Positions 1 through 8,200 of a stretch of DNA of 13,075 nt are shown here, in pieces. Made by a program: the position numbers and the translations under genes. Each line of letters begins with the position of its first letter. The stretch's first letter is position 1. The DNA is from Anthoceros angustus. Taxonomy: Eukaryota > Plantae > Anthocerotophyta. The notes under the pieces are model-generated. The model worked only from the letters and a program-made list of their open reading frames with translations. It searched no databases and was not told the DNA's origin. Location: NCBI GenBank assembly GCA_010909165.1, contig VJWM01000418.1:1-13075 (forward strand), given 5' to 3'.

Positions 1-490
1 ATCACTGCCTAAAACATAAGCTACCTTCCTTAGAAACCTATCTCCTGGTGGTAGGACATCCTCCTACCATGGTGGCGTTTTCCTCTCCTACCACGGTGGG
101 AGTCACTCTCTGTGGGATACCTTCCTACCCTCTCCTACCATGGTAGGAGCTATTCCTGGTAGGTGATCAAAACACTAGCGAGGTCATCCTCCTACGGTGG
201 TAGGATCTCTCCTACCCTCGTCTACCATGGTAGGAGTTTCTCCTACGGTGGTAGGACACCTCCTACCACTCATGTAGGTTACCTTTTCTCCTCACCAATG
301 GGTCGTTTTGACCTGTTTCTTTTCCCCTAAGTATCCTCTCTACCTTCCCGACATGGTCCTACAACTCCCGCTCAAAAAGGAGCAAAAAATTTCCTTGCAT
401 GTCTTCACCAAACCATTCCTAGCAAAAGAGTGTGGGCCTGTTCCAAAGCAACCTCATTTAAGCTAGTTGCCCAAACTTTTGCGTTCCACA
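1..490 (-). mobile_element. LTR-like family A repeat, copy 1 (inverted; runs off the left edge of the window)
   Basis: 1-490 is the reverse complement of ~4607-5088 (e.g. 421-490 AGCAAAAGAGTGTGGGCCTGTT...CCCAAACTTTTGCGTTCCACA vs 4607-4677). Similarity stops at ...GTTCCACA (490) in both copies with unrelated flanks, consistent with a true TG/CA terminus. Confidence 0.85.
45..280. repeat. Palindrome array CCTACCAYGGTAGG (copy 1)
   Basis: Perfect 18 bp palindrome CTCCTACCATGGTAGGAG at 132-149. Variants at ~62, 87, 190, 221, 241 and 260. Confidence 0.95.
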
Positions 491-750
491 TGGATATCCT
501 CCACATCATTTTACCCCTCACATATATATTCCATGGGGCTTGTGCGTCCTTTCCTGGGAAGACCATGTAGGTTGCTCTGCTATAGGAGGAGAATAGAGGT
601 TTGGCACTTTCCTTTTAGCTTTTGTTAGGGTTGTAGAGGTAGGAAACCTCACATGGAGACCCTTTCTCCCATCACCAAAATAGATGTAGATAAGTTTATC
701 CTTAGCATGGGTTACTGTTACTAGCCCCTAACTATAGGATACCTACTCAC

Positions 751-1761
751 TTTTCTTTTCCTAGCTCCTACTTCTTTTATGTGAGGCTCTCACAGAGCTC
801 ACACGGCTGGGGGCAGTCTGCATAGTGAGCTCCTCCGACTCTTCCATGTTGAAAGCTTGCCGGGACACTCAGGATATAGCTCACAGCCCTGTAATTGGAT
901 TATCTACATCAACAATGATTAGTATTTTGTACAATCAAATTATTGGCAATTTATTTTGCATTTAGACTTACTTGACTCTTCAGTGACAACATCGGTTTTC
1001 GAGTGCTTGTAGCAAGGCGTCATCTTCTCCATTGCCTTTTCTCCACTGTTTTAGCCACCTCGCTGCTTGAGAATTCACAAGATTAGGATCTTCCATATCA
1101 TTTATATATTACGAGGGGCGAGGGATCTCTTCACCCGATGCGGTGCATCTCTATACCACAAGATGCGCCCGCGGCTTCCAAACTCAATCTATCCTTTTCT
1201 CCACGTCAAGCTTCTCCTTCTTGCTAGGTTTGCTCTCTTCATTTTCTTTATGGCCTCGTCCTTTGGAGCATGTGGGGGCAGGGCCTTCTCCTGAACGAGG
1301 ACCACCACCCTATCAAGCATGTATTATTCCTACAAGCATGAGACATGGGCATGAAAATTTGCAAATGGATATAGACAATGCAAATTGGATATACACATTG
1401 GAGGCGATAGGATATAGACATAAATTGGATATACACATTGAAAGCAAAATGGACTCACAGGCCATGGCGTCATCACTCCAATTTTGAAGAATGCACGCAA
1501 CACGAGACACATGGGGCTTTGTGGCAGCGATGGGGCCGCGACCTCGGGAGGCCTTAGCGAGAAGATCACCTCCCCGACATGAGATAGCGGGCGGGCAGAG
1601 GTGGGCATGAGCGAAGCAGGCGTGAAAGGGATGTTCACCAGTGCGGTGATCTCCACAGAGGAGGGCGGCGGCGGAGGCAGCGGATGCTCGCGCCTATGCT
1701 GTGGGCGGATGCTGGGCTCAGTGCTCAGCGGCATGCGGAGGCCCGGCCATCTATGCGCCAT
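751..1761 (-). pseudogene. Decayed spliced gene of unknown product (Pro-rich exon followed by Lys/Glu-rich exon)
   Basis: ORF from 1761 reaches a GTGAGT donor at 1458 in phase 0. Acceptor TTGATAG at 1310 continues in frame GGGPRSGEGPAPTCSKGRGHKENEESKPSKKEKLDVEKRID*. Second intron 971-889 (GTAAGT...TACTAAT...TTACAG). Third donor GTGAGT at 750. Confidence 0.45.
1367..1440. repeat. ~40 bp tandem duplication built from a ~20 bp subunit
   Basis: AAATTGGATATACACATTG at 1382-1400 and 1422-1440, GGATATAGACA at 1367 and 1410. Lies within the predicted intron 1310-1458. Confidence 0.9.
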
Positions 1762-1847
1762 GCGGGGGCGGTGATGGCTTCAGGCGGGAGGTGGGGGCAG
1801 AAGGCGGCAGTGCCTCAGACCACCAATCTGGCCGGGCACCCTATGCC

Positions 1848-2040
1848 TGATAAGCCAAAATGGCTTATACCTTATAGCCCGTTTATAGGTTTTCCTAAGG
1901 CTTTATTTTGGCCCGTTTTTGCAGGTTAAACTTTACTAATGGCTCATATAGGCTCAATTTTGGCTTATTTATGGACCTGTTTATAGGCTTATGGACCATT
2001 TAAGGCCTTATTTCTATTATTATTTTGTGGCTTATTTATT
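1848..2040. repeat. Cluster of short GGCTTAT / TTTATAGG motifs
   Basis: ATAAGCC at ~1850, GGCTTAT at ~1862, 1961, 1986 and 2029, GTTTATAGG at ~1881 and 1979. Confidence 0.6.
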
Positions 2041-2261
2041 AATGCCAGGTGTTATTGCTTTTAGACTATTTCTTCTATGGCCGTTTCAACCGCCAACTTT
2101 CGAGGATTTATTAAGTTTTTATTTCAAGCTAACTTAACCATCAAGCATCTTAAGTTTTTAGCATTTTTCTTAAGTAAATAACTTTTGATTAAGTGGGAGT
2201 CTATCATGTTTTAGACCTCATTTTGAAGCTAAAATTCACCCTACATTCATAGTGAGTGGAG

Positions 2262-2534
2262 TGATGAGATAGCTCTAGCTTAGGGCACTATTCATTAGGG
2301 CCTAATTACTCAAACATTATTTAAGAGCTAGGGCTTTAGGTAGTTAGTTGTTATGTTAGTTACAACAACTTATAGTTGCAACAACTTATGGTTGCAACCA
2401 CTTATGGTTACAACAACATATTGTTGTAACCACCAACTACCCAACCACCAACCCTATTTAAAGGCTTGTACTTTACTCATTAATTAATTCATTCCATTGT
2501 TTCTCTTCTATCTAAGAGCTATTGATTCTCATCA
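2262..2534 (+). mobile_element. 273 bp LTR (family C), probably a 3' LTR
   Basis: Perfect 8 bp terminal inverted repeat TGATGAGA (2262)...TCTCATCA (2527-2534). TATA-like CTATTTAAA at 2454-2462. Purine-rich PPT-like AGTGAGTGGAG immediately upstream. Flanks TGGAG/AGACT are not a TSD. Confidence 0.8.
2359..2438 (+). repeat. 16 bp tandem repeat (5 units) in the U3 region of LTR C
   Basis: GTTRCAACMACTTATR-type units begin at 2359, 2375, 2391, 2407 and 2423. Confidence 0.9.
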
Positions 2535-2824
2535 AGACTCCTAGGTGCTTTGTGGTGTGAACTCATAGCCCCGGCAAGAAAACTTGCTGGTGAGGCCGAC
2601 CCAAGGCTTGTTGCCATAAAGCAAGTGAGTGATGCCCAAACTTAGGTTAGTTAGGAGGAAGAGGACATAGAGATTGATGTGGTGTTGGTGGAAGGCCACA
2701 GGCAAAGCCTGGGCAATCCCAAATCAGCAAGGCTCACAGTGAGAAGAGTGGTCTTAGAAGTGGGGGCCATCGCGGTGTGGACCTCACAGGCGCTGATAGG
2801 TCCTCCACTTGAGGCAGGACACAC

Positions 2825-3032
2825 CAATTGTGTCGTGTCGAGGTTGAGAATCGATTTTGAGCGGCAGGCATGCAAGAGAGTAGTGGGCGAGCTTTGAAGG
2901 CCTGTGTCCTTTGCGGTGGCGGCTCATCACAGACCTCGAACTTTCACGAGTCTCATGGGAAACCCAGCATCTACGGAGGTGGGATAAGTGCCGCTAGAGT
3001 GGGAGGAATCTCAAGACCCGTTTTCCTACCAC
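2825..3032 (+). mobile_element. LTR-like family B end, copy 1
   Basis: Inverted homology to 12616-12850 in blocks CAATTGTGT.GTGTCG(T)AGGTTGAG, AGTCTCATGGGA..AAACCCA, GTGGGATAAGTG..CCGCTAGAG and CCCG(G)TTTTCCT.CCAC. Ends ...TTTTCCTACCAC. Confidence 0.65.
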
Positions 3033-3843
3033 TTCCTCATGTAGTCGCTCCCTCTCACCAAGAATCCTCTCCCGAATTTAGACTATCTCAAGCAGTGCCG
3101 CTCATCGCCATGTCGGCACATTGGAGCTCCTCACCAACATGCATGTAGGGCCTACCACATCCGGGCATGGTGAGTCCTCGGGAAAGTTTTGTAGGAGAAG
3201 AAAGGGCAACATGTAACAAGAACAACTCTACCACATGCTTGGCGTGGAGTTTGTGACAAAGCTCAGCAAGTACATTTTGTTGTGTGCAAGTGCGATAGCA
3301 TGAGCATGGATTTTGTGCGTTTTAGAGCAAGAGTCCACACCGACCCTCGGAGGAGGATTTTATAGAAATATATCAAATCATTCGATGTTATTGATTTATT
3401 AAATAAAATAATAAGGTATATCTATTGTGTACTACCAAGCACCGCATAGGGTTTCGTCATGGGATGAAGCTTGCTTTGGAGCTTGGGGTGGAAGTTTGAC
3501 AAGCGGCTTGGCGCTTGGATGGGAGAGCTAGAAATGGTTTTGTGTGAGTCTTGTTGCCAATAGCAGCGGCATGGATGGCTAGCATTCGGCTTCTACTATG
3601 TTGCAAATAAAGTAGCATCTCATCGGTGGCTGCGAGTTGTCAGGGCTTGGAGCCTAACGGTGTTGAGAGGAAGAGATGGGTGCTCGGGCTCTACGTGGTG
3701 ACAAGACCAAAGGCGTGTTGAGAAAATAGAGCATTGTGAGGTTCCACTTCCCTTGAGCTCGGGGTGAAATGGCAAGACCAGGCGATGTCTGCTTCGTCAC
3801 AATTTGGTTGCGCATGTGTCATTTGTATGATATTTTGTTTCTT

Positions 3844-3869
3844 GAAGAAGAAGAAGAAGAAGAAGAAGA
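3844..3869. repeat. (GAA)8 microsatellite
   Basis: Eight perfect GAA units plus GA. Confidence 0.98.
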
Positions 3870-3889
3870 CTAGAAAGGTATAGAAAGCA

Positions 3890-4165
3890 GGCAACTATAC
3901 ACCTAATTTCTCTGCGACTTTCATAATTTAACTCATTCTTGAGTGTCTCTTTGTCTTAGTTTCTTTCGCACGATGTTGGTAGGATTCTACAACATTTCTT
4001 GCATATTTCCACTCTGCTAGTAAAGTTATAGCTTTACAACCATCTTGCAGGCATCTTCCCAGTTTTTTGAGAACCCGAACATCACTCTTGAATATTATTC
4101 TAGCGTTAAGACTCCGTTTTGGTTTCACATTGATCCAATATACTATTCGTCATGAGGTTTCACAA
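3890..4165 (-). pseudogene. Degenerate fragment resembling the N-terminal region of CACTA TnpD/TNP2 transposase
   Basis: Across a frameshift it reads FSKNWEDACKMVVK / YNFTSRVEICKKCCRI, resembling LPKS.YEAKK...LGL.YEKI.AC.N.C.L of plant CACTA transposases. Adjacent to CACTA-type subterminal repeats. Confidence 0.35.
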
Positions 4166-4294
4166 AGCAGCCTATAAGGGGATGCGATTGAGCATAGAAT
4201 GTAATAGGCAATGCTAGAATATTCGGCCTTGAACTAGATTATGGTTACATATTTAAATTTATATTGTGCATTTCAATGGAAGTAGCCTGAAACT

Positions 4295-4445
4295 CGTTAC
4301 AACAAGTGAGTAGCTTTTCATAACAACGGCCCGTGGGACTTTTTACAACACCCCGTAGCTTACAATAGGCGCACCCATAGGGCTTTTTACAAAAGGAAGT
4401 CCCATAGGGTGTTTTACAACATGCGGTCCCGTAGGGCTTTTTGAA
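4295..4445. repeat. CACTA-type subterminal tandem repeats (~26-30 bp, CCCRTAGGGYKTTTTACAA)
   Basis: About five degenerate units. ACAACGGCCCGT at 4323-4334 is the exact reverse complement of 7851-7862. TTTTACAACAT also occurs inverted near 10491-10521. Confidence 0.75.
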
Positions 4446-4816
4446 GCACTGTAGAAATGCTAAAGAACCCAAACCCTAACAAAACTATATCCTTGATTTA
4501 CTTTACAGCCTTCTTTCAAGCAGCTTTTCAGCTTTTCTAAGCAATCAAACATCACTCGTGAACGACCCTAGAAGTCATGAATGACAAGAGAGATGAGATA
4601 GACTTATGTGGAACGCAAAAGTTTGGGCAACTAGCTTTAATGAGTTCGTTTTGAAACAGGCCCACACTCTTTTGCTAGAAATGGTTTGGTGAAGACATGC
4701 AAGGAAATTTTTTGCTCCTTTTTGAGCGGGAGTTGTAGGACCATGTTGGGAAGGTAGAAAGGGTATGCAGGGAAAAAGAAACGGGTCAAAACGACCTGCT
4801 GGTGAGGAGAAAAGGT

Positions 4817-5055
4817 AACCTACATGAGTGGTAGGAGGTGTCCTACCACCGTAGGAGAAACTCCTACCATGGTAGACGAGGGTAGGAGAGATCCTACCAC
4901 CGTAGGAGGATGACCCCTAGTTTTGATCACCTACCAGGGGAATAGCTCCTACCATGGTAGGAGAGGGTAGGATGTATCCTCAGAGAAACTCCCACCGTGG
5001 TAGGAGAAGGGAGAACGCACCATGGTAGGAGGATGTCCTACCACGTGTAGGAGAT
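4817..5055. repeat. Palindrome array CCTACCAYGGTAGG (copy 2)
   Basis: Perfect CTCCTACCATGGTAGGAG at 4946-4963, with alternating TCCTACC / GGTAGGA half-sites throughout. Confidence 0.95.
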
Positions 5056-5247
5056 AGGTTTCTAAAGTAGCTTATGTTTTAGGTGATAGGCTTGCTATAT
5101 ATAGAGTCTTTTAGTGGACTAGATAAATAGGCCAAAATAGGTAATTAAGAAATTAGAGGCTAATTTTCAGTAATTAGAAATTAGAAAATAGGGAAATGGT
5201 ATTTTAGTATAAGGAATTAGGAAACTAACATCAACGGTGAGAAAGGG

Positions 5248-5318
5248 GCCACGTGGCACACATCCAAGGGCAGGATAGAATGGTAGTTACTTTTCTAACC
5301 CTTGGGTGACTTATAAAA
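5248..5318 (+). promoter_or_regulatory. Putative Pol II promoter: G-box plus TATA box
   Basis: Perfect G-box palindrome GCCACGTGGC at 5248-5257 and TATAAAA at 5312-5318. Both are retained in copy 3 and lie upstream of the ATG at 5853. Confidence 0.5.
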
Positions 5319-5852
5319 GTGGTGCAGCGCAGGAGGCCACAACTCGTAAACTTGAGGAGACTACCACAGAAGGCGCCCGCCACACCTCAAGCTTCCCAAG
5401 GCCCCATACAGCAACGCTACCGACACGCGCCTGGGTGAGGAGGAGAAGGAGGCGCAAGCAAGGAGGCGGAAATCCGCCAGCGCCCAAGAGAGGAAGAAGG
5501 AGGAAAAGAGGAAGAAGAGAAGGAGAAGAAGGTTGGGCGCAACCCAACACTTGCCAAGCTCGTGAGGGTGCCTAGGAGGGTGGAGCGTGGCAAGATTGCT
5601 AGGAAACCGTGCAGAAGGGCTCAAATTGCTGTGGTGTAAGAGTCCGTGGGGAATTTTGTTGAGCTTTCTCTGTGAAAAATCCTTTGGACGCCAAGGTGTA
5701 AGGACTGCAGGAGGAGAGCAAGGGCAAGGACCTTGAGCTGTGAGCAAGAGCAAATCGAGGAGGAGAAACGCTTGCAAGGATAGAAGTCGTCCGCAGGAAT
5801 TGCAGGAGAGGCATCACTTTCTTCAATTTCTGCAAGTACTAACCAAGGAGGC

Positions 5853-7453
5853 ATGACCAAGCCTACCATGACCAAGGGCAAGGAGGTAGTAGCTAAGGAA
5901 GGAGCGTCCACCAAGGGAGGTGGCGGAGCGGCAAGAGGTCTAAGGTGAGGATCGACCTCGGAGGGTGGAAATTTGACATGCCATTATTTACGCATGTGCC
6001 AGCTATCCTCTAGAGACCTTTCGACGACCTTGGGCAGCAGGAGAATATTCATTAGAGTGGGTGTATGACATTGGTCTTACACCAACCTTGAATTGATAGA
6101 GGAGTGTTTTGCTAATTTGAAGCAGAGAAGAGGAATTGGCTGCCTTACCGGATAGAACGACGGACGGATCCACGGTGTTGGACTATAAGGAGCATACGCT
6201 GTATATGGCGTGCCGGATAGCGAGGATAGCGGAATCACGTTGATGGAAGGAACGAGTGGAGGCAAGCGTGCATCAACGGCGGATCTTCCCAAGGAGCCCT
6301 TACACTATGATGGCAAGCATGAAGGCTAAGTCCAAGAACGGACGGACCAAATCTTGGAGCCCAAGTGGAGATTGTTCACAAGAATTGTTTTGGGCTTGGT
6401 GAGCAATCCAAGGGTGTCATATTCAGCACTACCTTCCTCCATTTTCTATGGAAGATCAGGAGCGGGCCGGATTGGGGCTCATCATGTATGAAGCATACAC
6501 CTACCACCGGAGAATCAAACCCAACGCTTGGATGAAGATGCCCAAGGCTATCTTAGCACTTATCTAGTGCATTTGTGGGAAGTAGAGGGCTACTCACAAG
6601 TAAGGAGTTGGATGATTCCAAGCATCCCTTTAACATTGTGTACTGTGAGAGGGACAGGAGTGCTTGGTGCTTTGCGCCTAAAGGAGGTGCCGCACCACCG
6701 GGACATTATTGCCGGAAGGAATCCTCCGAAAGATAGGCCGAGGATGCAGGAGGACTTGCAAGGAGAAGTTGTAGGGGATTTGAAGTTTGGACCGGGAGGA
6801 TGCGAGATGGAAGGTAGGATAGATCCTACCATGGCGGTGAATCCCCGCGAGGTGGGAGGTGTTCCCACGGTTTGGGACCCCTTCGCCCTCCTCATGACAA
6901 GGCCTACTGAATTAGTCCTACCACCAGGGAAGTAGTCCAGGAGCACCTCCTACCACGGTAGGAGGAAAGGAAGTCACGGTTTGGAAGCTCCCAAGAGGGA
7001 GATAAGAAGGCAACCGCCCCTGCTAGGTGGGCGAGCGATGGAGTCACGGTGGGAGGAGTTGCCACCAAGTGATGAGCGGAGCTCATCATAGGGAAGCAAG
7101 GGATGTAGATCCCATGAGCAAGGCAAAGGCCTTGAGTCTCCCGGAGGTAAGAAAGGAGACTTGGACATGTTGGAGGAGATGCGATAGGGGAGATGTTCAG
7201 AAGGTAGACATAGGAGCCGCCAAGAGGAGAGTTGAATTCTTGAAGAGAGAGAAGACAAGGACCTACCAAGCAAGGGAAATTGGTGTAGGCGAGGAAACCC
7301 AGGCAGGAGGATGTTATGAGGATGGAAGCTCAAGTGGAGCACTTGGAGAAGAGTCTTGAGACAGGCAACAGTGAAACAAACCATCATATTCGGGAGAACA
7401 AGGCTCTTACCAAGCAATTGGCAGCTCGAGAGGAGAAGGTGGAGCAACTTGCT
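5853..7453 (+). pseudogene. Frameshifted retrotransposon accessory ORF, 5' part (Transposase_32/'putative plant transposon protein'-like domain, then low-complexity and coiled-coil regions)
   Basis: Read across frameshifts: MTKPTMTKGKEVVAKE..., KVRIDLGGWKFDMPLF, NLELIEECFANL (cf. family-type NxxLVxEFYANL), LEPKWRLFTRIVLGLVSNPRVS (cf. LxPxxRxWxxxIxxxLxP), DWG/IMYE, MPKAILALI. These appear in the expected order and are followed by a coiled coil, MEAQVEHLEKSLE...LTKQLAAREEKVEQLA. Multiple stops and indels. Confidence 0.55.
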
Positions 7454-7496
7454 CACATAGTGTGCACATGGGAAAAGAGGCGGAGACTAAGCGTGT

Positions 7497-7941
7497 CCTT
7501 TACAGCGATTTACTAGGACATTACTACGAATTACTACACAGTAAAATAGTGTAAAACACATAAGCGTTAATTTCGTGGTAATGTCTTCATGTATACCATG
7601 GCTATATAGTGTGTATGTGACATATACACGATATACTGAGTTGAATGGTACATCGGTTAGGGTTTAACTACGATTCACTTTACAACAACAATTACTTGAT
7701 CTGGCATTTACAACAATAATCGTGGTTAATAAAATATGGTTAAGTAACCAATGTGAATTAACTCAAGTTTATTAACTGAAGTTAAATAACAGTAGTTATA
7801 AACCATAGTTATGTAACCATGGTTAGGTTAATCAGTGAACTGTAGTTATAACGGGCCGTTGTAAAACACCTGGCTGCAAAATAAAAGGCTGATGTAATCA
7901 GGACCGTAGTAAAGTAAATACGGATTTATATTGTAGTAAAG
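7497..7941. repeat. Left subterminal repeats of the CACTA element
   Basis: TTACTAC/TTTAC repeats at 7498-7540 and inverted GTAGTAAA/GTTGTAAAA repeats at 7858-7941. Confidence 0.8.
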
Positions 7942-8200
7942 TGCACTCTGTTGTAGTAAAATGAAGGAGTGCTAGGCGGGTGTGTGGGTTATGGGGTACC
8001 GAATTCGGGATTGCACCTACATCCTACAATATATTAGACTCCCAGCCCCCTACATGCTACAGGGCATCTAAGAATTTTCTCCACCCAGCACCTCAACTCA
8101 AAGGTTTGCCACCTGCAAAAGAGAACCACGAACTTAAATCAGTTCAAGTTCACAGAACTTCAGGCTATCACAAAATAGACACAATAGTCTGGACAACGAC

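Larger units (their letters stand above)
4607..5983 (+). mobile_element. LTR-like family A repeat, copy 2
   Basis: Starts TGTGGAACGC at 4607, the terminus shared with copy 1. 4785-5983 aligns co-linearly with 11548-12610, ending at shared TGACATGCCA. The inner LTR boundary and biological sense strand cannot be fixed from this window. Confidence 0.85.

Noticed and set aside
491-502. TGGATATCC after the LTR end as a tRNA-Met PBS
   Set aside because: Only a gapped partial match to TGGTATCAGAGC.
1830-1843. TAGGGTGCCCGGCC (minus strand) as a hAT terminal repeat
   Set aside because: No partner TIR or 8 bp TSD found in the window.
3180-3830. Unassigned segment possibly of TE origin
   Set aside because: No termini, repeats or protein motifs that I can support.
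4817-5055. CRISPR array interpretation of palindromic repeats with spacers
   Set aside because: Repeats are short and degenerate, spacing is irregular, spacers are the same in all three copies, there are no cas genes, and the context is eukaryotic TE DNA.
5306-5914. Overlapping short ORFs in family A (also 11974-12603)
   Set aside because: Low-complexity products of GA-rich sequence, with frames not conserved between copies 2 and 3.
4604-5986. TTA...TTA flanks suggesting a PIF/Harbinger or Tourist element
   Set aside because: No terminal inverted repeat beyond TG/CA, and the reading frame continues through 5983.
6360-6377. CCAAGTGGAGATTGTT resembling a copia PPT-LTR junction
   Set aside because: It sits in the protein-like frame LEPKWRLFTRIV and no LTR end or partner follows.
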